This document shows, piece after piece, positions 1 to 10,819 of a DNA stretch of 64,000 nucleotides; the stretch's first letter is position 1; the number at the start of each line of letters is the position of its first letter. Both the position numbers and the translations under genes were made by a program. Source of the DNA: Oikopleura dioica (taxonomy: Eukaryota > Animalia > Chordata); contig OU015569.1 in assembly GCA_907165135.1 (NCBI GenBank), forward strand, positions 62,001 through 126,000. Reading direction: 5' to 3'. Below the pieces are notes generated by a model. That model saw only the letters and a list, made by a program, of their open reading frames with translations. It was not told the DNA's origin and made no database searches.

Positions 1-2755
1 TCGCGCTTACTAGGTGCACTCTCCCGCCATACTCTTGTAGCAGAACACCACCCGCTGCGTACAGGCTCGCGTCTGTGTAGAGGTGAAAAGACTCGTCAAA
101 GTTAGGAAAGCTTATGACAGGAGTCTCGGAGAGTCGTCGTTGAATTTCCTTGAGCGCCAAATCCGCTTCTTTGGTCCACTTGAAACAATTTGTTTCGTTC
201 GCCGAATTTCGAACATCGTTTATGGGTTTCATTCTGCTCGAGAAGCAACCGGATGAAATAGCTTCGCCCATTTTTGTTTCTAGAAAACCTCGGATCCAAT
301 TCAATGACCCGATTAATGAAGCTAACTCCTTTTGGGAGCGTGGGGGTTTCATCTGACGAAGGGCGGAGACTTGCGCAGGGTCCGGTTTGATTCCTTCTTC
401 GTTGATGATTCGGCCCAAAAAGTGAGCTTCTGATTGTAGGAAAGAGCACTTTTCGCCCTTGAGTTTAGCGTTAAACTTGCGGAGCGCGATGAATAGGTTT
501 CGGAGAGTGTTGTAATAGCAGCTGAAAGACTTCCCAAAACATACTATGTCATCGATATAAGAAAGCATCTTCTTCCTGGTGGGGCTTGAGTCGAGAATCG
601 TGTTTACGACGCGCGAGAATATATTCCCCGAGCATCGATAACCGAAAGGTAATCTGCAGAAGGCGTAAGATTTCCCACCCCACTGGAAGGAAGTCTTATA
701 CCTATCGCTTTTCTTAATAGGGCACTGCCAATATCCGCTCCGCAAATCAACTGTGGCGAAATACTTGTTGCCCGGTCCAATGTTCGCGATCGTATCCTCC
801 ATGCTCGGAAGATGATATGGGTCGGATTTGTCGGAGAGGCATTTGTTCAAGCTGTTCTTGTAGTTGATGCAGAAGCGCATTTCCCCAGATTTCTTAGGGA
901 TTGGCAGAACGGGGCTATTAAACCCTTTCTGGTCCTTGATCTCTTCTATTATTTTCGTATCGAGCAGTTCGGAGATGTGATCAGTGACCTGGCCATGAAA
1001 AGCTTGCGGAATAGGGTGTTGACTGATGTTTCGACTCGTACCATCAGTCGGGATTTCGATCTCGAATGGGAATTCACCCATTTTTTGACCGTCGCAGCCG
1101 AATCTGTCGTCGAAATCCAAACACAGCTCGGCGACCACCTTCTTTTGCCCCGGGTCGGCGTTTGCTGGTAGGGTAATTCCGAGTTTTTGCTTCGCTAGCT
1201 GAATGGGGCACCTGGCTGCGTTCTTGTTAGGTGCGTCCAGCTTTGGGACTTTTGGTGGCGGTTGAGTGCGGGATCGATCGCTATCCTTGACCGCTGATCT
1301 AGTAGTCAAGTATTTCTTGATTTTGGTCCGCTTCACTCCGTCCAGCTTCACCACTTGAGTCTCAGTTTGTGTGAAGGCTTCGTTGTAGCAAAATGAGAGA
1401 GTACGATTCTTATTGTCGACTGTGAAGCTGTCCGTCATCGCATTCTCTAGTATATCGCGGCCCAGTAGACTTGGGTATTTACTGCCTGGCATAATGGTGA
1501 GATTCAGGGAGAATGCAGGGCCACCATTGAATGATAAGCGGCAGGGAAGGATACCCATCGGCTGCTCGGCGGGAATATTTGGGCTGAAACCGGTGACCTT
1601 GAAGGGACAGGGCTTCAGCATCTGGAGAAATTCGTCGGGAACGTAAGCAGCGGACAGACAGGAGGACTCGGCTCCGCTGTCGACTTCCATCGATACGTCA
1701 AAACTTTTAGAGCCCGTAATGATGGTAGCCGAAGCGAAATAAGCCTTTCCTGGTCGCTTCTTCTTCACTGTGTAAAAGTGAACGTCGAATGGTTGGAAAT
1801 CTTCAACGTTCTTAGTCGTATTTATCTTCTTGGATTCTGGTTGTTTATCGTCTTTCCCATCCTTAGAATCGTTGCTGGCGCGCTTAGCATTCTTCTTCTT
1901 TTTGTTCTTATTTCTGTTGAAGTGCTGGGAGACGGTCGCGCTGTCAACTCGATTCTGTCTTGTGGATTGGGCGAGACGGCAGAGTTCGTTGATATCGTAA
2001 ACTTTTGATAGGCTTGGAAGGATTGCGTTGAAAACGTCTGGTTCTTCTTTCCTAAGATTCAAGTACAGCATCATCGTCGAGAATATGTCAAATATTTCAT
2101 CGACCCCGGCGTCGGCTGACTTCTCTTGTCGGTAAGAGTTCAAAGTCGCTTGCTTCGCCTCGTTCATCTTTTGCAAGACGTTGGCGGTGTAGTGTGCAAA
2201 CGGCTTCGAATGGTCGTATTCGACGTCGAAAACTTCGCTTAGCTTCAGTAAGTAGTGACTCTTCGCGGCGAATGATTTCTCTAGCAGCGCCTTGGCCGAT
2301 TTCCAGTCTTGACAATTCAGAAATTCGGTTCCAAGTGAGCGTTCGATGTTCAAGTCGAAGTGGCTGTACACTGCTGCGATGAAAGGCTGTTCACGTGAAG
2401 GTCTGTCGCGGACGTAGGCGCGGTGATAAATGTCGGCTCTGCCCAAGAAGGTGTTGAAAGATGTGTTGCATGCGGCGTCCAGCTTCGGCAAGTCTTGGAC
2501 GTGACGAGACCAGGTAGTGGCCACCCATGCTTCTTCTCTCATTGTCGCATTCGTAGAGTCTTTTCCTTGATCGAGCTCGCAGGTAAGAAGCGTTGTACTG
2601 AGCTGTTCTAATTTTACTCTGCTTTCTGTGATCAAGGGCTCTAGGCTTGGCTTTAGTGATTCGTCATTTCGCACTTGTTCTTCGAGGTAGTTTACTCGAT
2701 CGTTTATGCTTCTTATTTCGGTGACGGTTTCTAGCAGTGATTTGTTCGCCGCCAT
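1..2755 (-). CDS. Ty3/gypsy retrotransposon Gag-protease-RT-RNase H polyprotein, one ORF running off the window start
   Basis: Hand translation from ATG 2755 stays open to position 1, so it has no stop in the window, probably why the ORF track omits it. Motifs: protease VDSGAESS (DSG 1673-1681) and LLGRDIL; RT FNSPVLPIPKKSGEMRFCINY, YFATVDLRSGYWQ, RLPFG and YIDD (548-559); RNase H FHLYTDASL near 60-90. Confidence 0.95.
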   Translation of the reverse strand, partial: MAANKSLLETVTEIRSINDRVNYLEEQVRNDESLKPSLEPLITESRVKLEQLSTTLLTCELDQGKDSTNATMREEAWVATTWSRHVQDLPKLDAACNTSFNTFLGRADIYHRAYVRDRPSREQPFIAAVYSHFDLNIERSLGTEFLNCQDWKSAKALLEKSFAAKSHYLLKLSEVFDVEYDHSKPFAHYTANVLQKMNEAKQATLNSYRQEKSADAGVDEIFDIFSTMMLYLNLRKEEPDVFNAILPSLSKVYDINELCRLAQSTRQNRVDSATVSQHFNRNKNKKKKNAKRASNDSKDGKDDKQPESKKINTTKNVEDFQPFDVHFYTVKKKRPGKAYFASATIITGSKSFDVSMEVDSGAESSCLSAAYVPDEFLQMLKPCPFKVTGFSPNIPAEQPMGILPCRLSFNGGPAFSLNLTIMPGSKYPSLLGRDILENAMTDSFTVDNKNRTLSFCYNEAFTQTETQVVKLDGVKRTKIKKYLTTRSAVKDSDRSRTQPPPKVPKLDAPNKNAARCPIQLAKQKLGITLPANADPGQKKVVAELCLDFDDRFGCDGQKMGEFPFEIEIPTDGTSRNISQHPIPQAFHGQVTDHISELLDTKIIEEIKDQKGFNSPVLPIPKKSGEMRFCINYKNSLNKCLSDKSDPYHLPSMEDTIANIGPGNKYFATVDLRSGYWQCPIKKSDRYKTSFQWGGKSYAFCRLPFGYRCSGNIFSRVVNTILDSSPTRKKMLSYIDDIVCFGKSFSCYYNTLRNLFIALRKFNAKLKGEKCSFLQSEAHFLGRIINEEGIKPDPAQVSALRQMKPPRSQKELASLIGSLNWIRGFLETKMGEAISSGCFSSRMKPINDVRNSANETNCFKWTKEADLALKEIQRRLSETPVISFPNFDESFHLYTDASLYAAGGVLLQEYGGRVHLVSA

Positions 2756-3254
2756 AGCTCGAAATATATCGGCAGTAAGGGTTTATGGGCCTTGGATTAC
2801 CTTTCAGGCCCTCAGAAAATACTGCGACTAAAAGTCGCAATATGATGAGCTGAGGTGCCTTTTGCGCAAACGCCCGACGATTTCTCTGTCCAGCGATTGT
2901 CGAAATTTCAAGGTCTGGTCCAAGGGTCGATTCTTCGTAAACTTCTCTCGATTTTTGGTGAAAAGTGGCGAAAGAATTATGTTTTTCTCAGTATTTTAGG
3001 TTTTCCCCGGCGTGCGTGCGTGGTTGCGTGGGCGCGACTTTCGGCGCGTGGGTCGTGGTGGCGCTCGTGCGGTGGCGCTCGCTCGGGGTGGTGTTGGTGT
3101 GGTGCGGAAAATTCTCTGAGTGGAGTTTCTCCGGCGGCGCGGTGGCGGTTGGTGATTCGGTTCCCCTCGACTCCGCTGACGGCCAATCAGCGTCCAAGTT
3201 GCGAAACTTCGGTTGTCGATGGCGGAAAAATTTATCTTTTCTCCAACGGGACTA

Positions 3255-3265
3255 CTCTGATACCA
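3255..3265 (-). promoter_or_regulatory. Primer-binding site complementary to the 3' end of initiator tRNA-Met
   Basis: Plus-strand ctctgatacca reads TGGTATCAGAG on the minus strand, next to the LTR terminal CA. Confidence 0.8.
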
Positions 3266-3266
3266 C

Positions 3267-3519
3267 TGAAGGGATCCTAGCTTCTGCTGAATCTCCCACT
3301 TCTAGCGTAGTTTGCCTGCTCTCTATATCTGGACGAGTGAAGAAAACGAGTAAAGTATCTTTGACGTCTGTATTTCGAGCTGGAGTAAAATAGAGGTTAA
3401 TTCACGAACTGCGTGAATTACCGAATGGAGAGAAATACACGGCGGCGACCGAGCAAAGCTCGATCTAGATAAGCAAGTGACCTTAGGGGACGAGGGAGTC
3501 TAACGAATCTAAGATCCCA
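3267..3519 (-). repeat. Putative 5' LTR (about 253 bp)
   Basis: Minus strand starts TGGGATC and ends GATCCCTTCA (TG...CA with an imperfect terminal inverted repeat), directly followed by the PBS. The outer boundary cannot be confirmed without the 3' LTR. Confidence 0.6.
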
Positions 3520-3523
3520 ATAC

Positions 3524-4413
3524 CTCTCCGCATTCAATTTGCTCGAGGTATAAAGCGTCCGCGTCTGAAAAAAAAGAGAGTCATTTGAGCGATTTATTGT
3601 CCTGCAGCAGGACTACATCTTGGATATTTGAGAATCATTTAGGCTAAATTTTGAAGAGAACTCCTTTAGAGCCTCTCAATTAGAGATAAGCTTATCTGTT
3701 TTTAGAAAGGAAAATAAAAAAGTTATGAGTTTTCTAATTTACAATCATTCAACTTCAAAGACCAAAACTATAAGTTGTTAAAAAATGAAAACCTTAACTT
3801 TCCCCACAATTAGGATTCATTATGAAAAATAAAATTTCTCTTTGATGACTAAATGTAACATCAAGCAGAGTAGGTACTTCGCGAATAATTTCCCGAAAAC
3901 TAAATGATTTCATTTTTCAAATACCTGGGTGTTTCTTGCAGTCGATGATCTTTCCCACCTTCATCAACAGCCTCGAAACATCGACTGGCTTTTCCGGTTC
4001 GGCTGCTTTCGCTGGCTGAGGCTTCTTCTCCTTCTTTTCTTTCTTGGGTTTGTCCTTTTTCTGGTTTTCGTTCTTCGGCTTTTCCTGCTGTTCGGCCTTC
4101 TTCGGGGCTTCTTTCTTGGCCGCTCCTTTCTTCGGTGGTTTCGGAAGAGCGACTTGCGTCTTTCCATTTCGAAGCTCAAGGGTTGTCAATTCCGTTTTCA
4201 ACGCTTCGACTTGTTTTCTGAAACGATTGTTAACAAAAGGCGTTAATGATAAGCCTACCTGAGCTGGGAGTTCTCCTGCTTCAAGATCGTCTCCTGAATG
4301 TTAGCAGGAAGCGTGCCCATCGCCTTGATCGCGGCGATCTTTTCCGTCAGTGTTTGAATGATCTTGTCGGCTTCGACGGATCGCGCCTCAAGCTCGGCCG
4401 CGCTGAGAGCCAT
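3524..4413 (-). CDS. AIMP1: AIMP1/p43 (EMAP II-like tRNA-binding domain protein), 5' exons only
   Basis: Exons 4413-4259, 4217-3925 and 3564-3524 join into a coiled coil, a Lys-rich linker and [32 protein letters not shown], the start of the EMAP II OB fold. The remainder lies beyond the retrotransposon. Confidence 0.85.
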
Positions 4414-4676
4414 GGTTCGAGAGAGACTTCTAAAAAGGCACACTCTGGTCAGCATTTACTTGCTTTTTTCTGAAGTCGGAAACTTTTTCTTTTGATTTTG
4501 CAAATTTTATTTTTAGGAAAGCAGTTTTTAAGCATTTGAAATTGTTTGGCAGTATCGAATATTCAGAAATATACGGAAGCGGAAAGGCGGAAATAGAATG
4601 GCTGAAATATGTACAAGAGAAGAAAGGAGGGTGTTAGGAAAATATTGGAAAATTGCGTTTATAAGGACTTGAAACT

Positions 4677-7480
4677 TTAAAGAAACTCCTGGCTCAGAGA
4701 AGATTGAAGGAATGGCTTTTTCACGGGGCTGGAGCTGATGTTCGTCCACAGGCCGCCGCACATCGAGCGCTTGAGGAATCGGTGGTCCCAGCCCGAAATC
4801 AGCGATTCCTGACGATCTGCAAGCAGTTACGTTAGCGACAGAGAGACTGCAAGCGAACTTACTGTAGGTATACGCTCCGGAGCGCGAGCAGTGCCTTAGA
4901 TCTCGAGTTTCTTCGCGGCCGACAATTGTGCGGCGCACGAAATCGGTGTCCACGACCATCAAGGCGGCCCGTTTCGTCTCCGACTTGCCCACTTGGAAGG
5001 TCCGTCCCTTCAGACTCGTCACGTGCGGCTTCTTCATGCTCACTTCTCCCGTCGAGACGCGACACTTTAACAGCTCGCACGAATCGTACAGCTCCCTGAA
5101 ACAAATCCGTAAACCAGAATCTTTGAAAAAGCAAAGTTACTTACATTGGAATGTTTTCGCCGAGTTGTTGGGCCGCAGCCGCTTTTGAAAGAATAGCGTA
5201 CGATTCAGAGAGCGGGTCGCACTTGACGTCTTTGATCGTGTAGAGGGGACTGCAGTTGTTGTGCAGAGTGGTCCAGAGCTTCATGATAAGAAGGATTCGC
5301 CGCGAAATTGAAATCTCATTCGACGCTGAAGCATTTTTGATTTAAAAACATTGATGCTTTTTGTAAGAAAGTCTAGTAAGGAACTTACTTAACGAATGAG
5401 AGCGGAGCTTGGTGACCTGGGAGATGATGTGCGTGGCCATCCACTGGATTAGGTGGCCAACAGATTGGAGAATGCGCATGTTCGTTTCGAAGGTATTCAT
5501 CATTACGTTCAGCAAGTCGTCGAGGTTCTCGTTCGAGTCTGCTATCTGCGAGAGCCGTTCGCGAAGGTCAAAGTTTTCTTCATTCAAACTAGCTCCCGTT
5601 GGACGGAGGAAACTTATGAAAAGCTCCAGAACAGCTGTCGTCAAAAGCTAGAGCAAAAAGTTAACTTTAATTAGCAAGAACGCTTGACTAACCGTGGACA
5701 TCTTCGACGAATACTCCGGCTCGTAGGAAGGGAAAAGCGACCAGAGAAGAAGACACTCTGCGTCAAAACGACGATTAAAAACGTGAAACTCGGGGTCAGC
5801 GGCAATTGAGCTCTTGAGCTTGGTGATCAAGGCGTTTGCCATGGAGTGATTTTGAACCAACAGTCGTGCGTCCCAACAGTCAGTGTCCGAGAGAAGACTG
5901 TACTCCAGGAACAGTTGGATAGCTTCTTCTTTCATTTGCACGGGCAGTTCCGCTTCTAGCCACGGATTTACTGAAAAAGTAATCTTTTTTCAAGTTTTTA
6001 AAAAGGTTACCTTGCGAAACGTAAAGATTGCTGTTGTTGTCGAGTCCTAACAAGGCGCATCCGGAGGGCGAGAAAGCTATCGAGCAGTAGGTGATCATGT
6101 TTTCTTGGCCTTCCTTGGTCGCTCTTCCAGGGTGGACGAGATCCTTTCTGGGCTCGATTTGCAGCGTCCTTTTCAGACTCAGCTTTTGAATGAGATACAA
6201 GTTCCCATCGAGACAAGTTGCCGCCAACAGATCCCCACACGAAAAAGTGGACAGAGTTATCTTCTTCGTGAGTAGCGGAAAGTTCTGCGAAGTCAGATGA
6301 AAAATACGCGGCAGCTGCGTCGATTTGCACTGCATCCAATCGACAACGTTGCAGCCGCCGCCGAGAAACTTTGGGAGGACTTTGTGCTGCCGAGTTTTCA
6401 TCCACCAGGAGACGCACGATTTGCGGTCATTGCTGTAGCTTTTATTGGGTTCAGTAATGCTCAAGGCCTTTTAAAGACGATTTATCGTGCTCTTGCTCAA
6501 CCCTAAACATAATAGAATCTGGTCGGCGTACTCTTCGTGCGGAAACAGAAGCTGAGAAACATAACTGTAAGGTCCGAATTCTTGAAGCGTCTGATCCTTT
6601 GGAATTATCAAACTGTTACCGACGATGTGACTCAAACGCAGCAACTGATTAGTATTGCGCGATCGTGGTTCTCTTCTGTTCACGACTCTTTCGATGCTCA
6701 CATCCACGATGCGTACGTTTTCGTTGATCAAGCCAGAGGACATGGCGACGGTGATCTTTCCATCAGCGTTGTAAGCATAGCCGCAGAATTTCACGTTCAT
6801 CATTCCTCCGATTTTCGTCCAGACTGGTTCTTCGTTCGACTCCGTCAGGCTCGTTACGAAGCGGCCCAGCTTTGTCAAGGCAAAAACGCCTAATTAAAAA
6901 ATGAAAAAGACTCAAACAAAAAAAGACGCACCTTCGTAGGCATTTCCACCGCGAGTGGCAAGCGTCGGTGAAAACTTCTCCCTGGTTATTTTCTCCTTCA
7001 AGCTGGGCGGATCGCTGCCCGGCGGAGTCATGACCTTGTCGATGTGGATTTCGAACTTGATGCCCGGATGGTACCAGCCGACGGCGATGATCGGGTCGCA
7101 GCGGTCTTCGATCACCAAAGATTGCTTCCACTTTGTGCTCGAGTTCTCGACCATGGTGTACATCGATATTCGCCCGTGGGAGTCGCCGACAAGGATTTTG
7201 TCGCCTAAGATTCGATCATTTATCGCCAAGCTTGCTTCTTTCGAAAACCTGTATTGTTCCATTTGAGCGCGGTGACCTCCCTTCCCACTGGAAACTGGAT
7301 AATGTGCTCGACCCAGGGCACCTCCGAGTTTTTTATGTGCATCTCCATGAAGGTCTGTCCGTTGAGCATCCGCTCTACGGTGTAGGCGATGAGCCCCTGG
7401 TTGGACCAAGCGGTCTTACATCCCAAATGAGCACGAGTCTCAACCTCCGGGCCAAAATGTGTCTCGTAAATACGATTCAT
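4677..7480 (-). CDS. MED16: Mediator subunit 16 (multi-exon)
   Basis: N-terminal AWSNQGLIAYT, KILVGDSHGRISMYTM and DPIIAVGW; internal LLAATCLDGNLYLIQKLSL; C-terminal DLRHCSRSG and WDHRFLKRSMCGGLW match MED16 blocks. Confidence 0.85.
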
Positions 7481-7730
7481 TCTAAACTAGCGATTCTTTA
7501 TTATTCTTTTCAAATTTTGCAATTTTTAAATTAATTGTCGGGAAGAAGCTTCAGCGTGGATAACTTCGTGGATGGACTTTACCCAATCCCACTCGTTAGC
7601 GTTTTCTACTGCCGGCTGGATGTACTGTAATAAAGGAGTTCTGAAACAATCACGTGAACGACTTGCTTTTTCTGGAAAGAAAAGAAACCTTTTTCGTGCC
7701 AATTTTGATACTTCTGCGACATCCGCTGCG

Positions 7731-8203
7731 TCATATAAAAGAAATAACGATCCAAACAATGCTAATCGGAAACATGACTGTAATTTCACTGGCGAACATC
7801 CCTCCAATATAGGCAGTGATAAATCCCTGCGAAAAGGGCAGCTTCTTCATCATTTCAGACTCGCCGGCGTACAACTTGAACAGCTTCACTTTGCGCTTCG
7901 TTACAAAGCTCATCTTCGTTTCTACATGCGCTGCTTCAATTTTCGCAAGTTTCTAGCAACACCAGTTACTTTTTCGCTGCTCAACAATCAAATCATGCTT
8001 GCCTCAACAGTTGCCAATTTAGTTCTAGCGTAAAAGCGCTTCGCTGGAGCAGAACGCATCGCTGCGAAGCCTCCAACAAAGCCACCTATTGCTGCTGCCT
8101 GCTGAATGATAAAGTACGTAACTCCGTAGCGAGGCAGAAAACCTGGCTGCTTCGCCGTCAGGAGCATATCGTCGCTCATTTTCGAAACTAGAAACTCGCT
8201 CAT
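7731..8203 (-). CDS. Small predicted membrane protein of unknown function
   Basis: ORF segments 8203-7988 and about 7950-7731, each with a hydrophobic Gly/Ala-rich stretch, co-oriented between DDX39 and MED16. The splice junction is uncertain (possible GC donor). Confidence 0.5.
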
Positions 8204-8412
8204 TCTAGACTCTAGAGTCTACTGCGTGGAAGAAAGAGACACGGAGGATTTAAAGGGCTACTAATTCAGTAATTGATCTATTTCCGAACATTGACTTGTT
8301 TACGGCAGTAAAGAGGGGTGGTGTCGTTGGACAGTTAGGATGATGTCGCAAGATCAGAATGAAGGGACTGTAACAGGACTTGGACTAACTTCGATTTCTA
8401 TCTTTTTCGTGT

Positions 8413-10483
8413 TTAACGTCCTTCGACTGAAAGAAAAGTGTCAGCAAAGCTCTTGGTTGAGCAGTAAGGACTTACTGTAAGTACTGATGTCGATTTCCTC
8501 GGGGAGCTCGGTGATCTTGACTTCGAATCGGTCCTGGACGGACTGGGAGGTCTTGGCGTCTTCCTCGTCGGAAACGAAGGAGATGGCAAGACCCTTGGTG
8601 CCGAATCGACCGGCTCGGGCGACTCGATGCAGATAGGTGTCGGAGTCCTCGGGCATATCGTAGTTGAACACGATGTTCACTCGCTCGATATCCATACCAC
8701 GGCCGAAGAGATTGGTGGCGACGAGGATACGGCGCTGGAAGTTCTTGAAGAGCTGGTATCTAAAGCGCTAAGTGAGGAAGAGAGAGAAGAAGTTGAGGGT
8801 TTACCGTTGAAGACGTTCTTCCTGATTCATGGCTCTGTGGATGTCGACAGCTGGGAAGTTCTGTTCCTTGAGGAGGGTGGAGAGCGCGATGCATCTCTGC
8901 ACGCTCTTGACGAAGATGACGACCTGGTTGAACTCGAGCGCGTCGAGCAGGTCGAAGAGCTTTCTGTTCTTCTCGTTCTCCTTGATCTTGACGTAGTGCT
9001 GCTGGAGGCCGTGCAGGGTCAACTTGGCCTCGTCGTCGATGAAGACTTCCATGGGCTACAAAGGGAGCGCCGGTTAGAGAGAGGTTACCGTGATCAGAGA
9101 GATGATCGAGCAGCTCCACCATCGAACAGAACCAGTTACGTAACTTCGCAAGAATGAGGCATTCGCATCGATTACAGTAATCGTTCAGAGCGCAACGCAG
9201 ACATGTTCCCACTTAGATCAAGGGCATCCCGCCTGGCTAGACGCGCCGGCTTCCCCAGGGGTAAAGGTGCCTCCGGTGGAACCACAGCGGAATGGTTCCA
9301 CACTCGTTCTAGGGCTACAGCTCGCGCCGATCTACGAATGGGAGGGAAAAGCGTTTTTGGCCGGTCCTAGCAATGTCTGTCTTTTCTTATCGCCCGAAAA
9401 TTGGGGTACAGGCGCGAGCTGGAATTTGAAGAAATTTCTTTCCCAGGTTCGAGTTTGCTTTTTTGAGTTTGGTTTCGAGAGGTTTTTGGTTTTGTTTGAT
9501 GGCTTTTGGCTTGTTTGGAGGGCTGGTACGGGCTTAGACTGGGGCCAACCGGAGCGAGGCCCGGAGGGGGTGATTTGGATTTTGGGCTTTTGTGGAATTT
9601 GAGGTATTTACATCTTGCATGAATTTTTTGCAGACAGGTCGCACTTCCTTCGACAGCGTGGCCGAGAACATCATCACTTGCTTCTCGTGCGGAGTTTGGC
9701 GGAAGATCTCCTGCACGTCTCGGCGCATATCTAGACGATGAGTTAGAGCAATGAATGGTCTTTTTATTCTTCAAGAGGGCCAGTCTATTGTTGCGTGTTG
9801 GTTACCTAATGCGTCGAGCATCTTATCGCACTCATCGAGAACGAAGTGCTTGACGTTCTTGAGGCTGAGTGCCTTGGAGCGGATGAGGCCGAGGATACGT
9901 CCGGGAGTGCCAACAACAATGTGAGGGCAGTTGTCCTTGAGCACCTTCTTGTCCTTCTCGATGGGCATGCCGCCAAAGAAGACCGCCACCTTCATGCTGT
10001 CCATGTACTTGCTGAAGCGCTCGTACTCCTTCGAGATCTGGAAGGCCAGTTCTCGCGTGTGGCACATGACGATCACGGAAACGTTTCCGTCGACGGGCTC
10101 GAGCTGCTGCAGCGTCGCCAGGACGAAGACAGCCGTCTTTCCCATACCGGACTTGGCCTGGCAGAGAACGTCCATGCCGAGAACAGCCTGTGGGATGCAT
10201 TCGTTTTGCACCTAAAAAGAGTGTTTAGAGAAAATTCATTTTTCATTTTTGGACGAAAAGAGGCTTTTTTGAAAATTTAGATAGTTACCTGCGAGGGATG
10301 CTCGAAACCGCAATCGACGATGGCTCGGAGGAGCTCAGGCTTCAACAGAAAATCCCTGAAGCCGGAAGAATGGATGGAAACGTAGCCAGGCCCCTTGCCG
10401 TCCTTCTTCTTCTCGTCGACGGCTGCGACTGGGGTCTCCTCGGCCTGCTCCTCGTCGTAGTCTAAGAGGTCTTCGTCAGCCAT
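8413..10483 (-). CDS. DDX39B: DECD-box RNA helicase UAP56/DDX39
   Basis: [60 protein letters not shown], ending IEGR*. Introns include 10212-10288, 9731-9805 and 9056-9611. Paralog A versus B cannot be resolved. Confidence 0.97.
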
Positions 10484-10810
10484 GGCGAATTGGAGGTTTT
10501 TGGACGACTCTGAAAACGTTTTTCTCAGAAAAAGAAAAATCGAAAAGACGTTTTTGACAAATGAAAAATAAAAGACAGTAATTGGCTTTATAAAGGCGCC
10601 AGTGAAAGATCCAGATGAATCTAGACTCAAAATGAAAAAGAACAATAAAATTTGTTTTCTCGCGATTTTTAATGACAAACCAAATAAATTTTCTTGAATA
10701 ATCTTGAACTCGAAAAACCGATCATTTTTCTTACTGTGAAAAGCAATGCTAATAATGGCCTAAATGAAAAAAAAAGAATTCTTTTGGGGTATATTAGTGA
10801 AATGAAGTGG

Positions 10811-10819
10811 GGCGCGAAA
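10811..10819 (-). promoter_or_regulatory. E2F-like site in the divergent DDX39/NDUFA13 promoter region
   Basis: TTTCGCGCC on the minus strand matches TTTSSCGC, about 330 nt upstream of the DDX39 ATG. Motif match only. Confidence 0.3.

Larger units (their letters stand above)
1..3519 (-). mobile_element. LTR retrotransposon (Ty3/gypsy, Tor-like), 5' part
   Basis: Gag-pol ORF preceded by a PBS (TGGTATCAGAG, 3265-3255) one base after a CA-ending segment, inside an AIMP1 intron. The 3' LTR and TSD lie outside the window. Confidence 0.9.

Noticed and set aside
2760-3254. Upstream ORF or env gene in the GC-rich retroelement leader
   Set aside because: Only short low-complexity ORFs with non-ATG starts are present. 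An env gene would lie 3' of pol, outside the window.
102-3393. Short ORF-track entries over the retrotransposon, and similar antisense ORFs over HSP60, DDX39 and myosin
   Set aside because: They are alternative-frame or antisense shadows of codon-biased real genes and have no recognisable motifs.
9060-9420. Box C/D snoRNA in the DDX39 intron, by analogy to vertebrate DDX39B-hosted snoRNAs
   Set aside because: CTGA motifs are present, but I found no convincing RTGATGA C box or terminal stem. Kept only as a structured intron.
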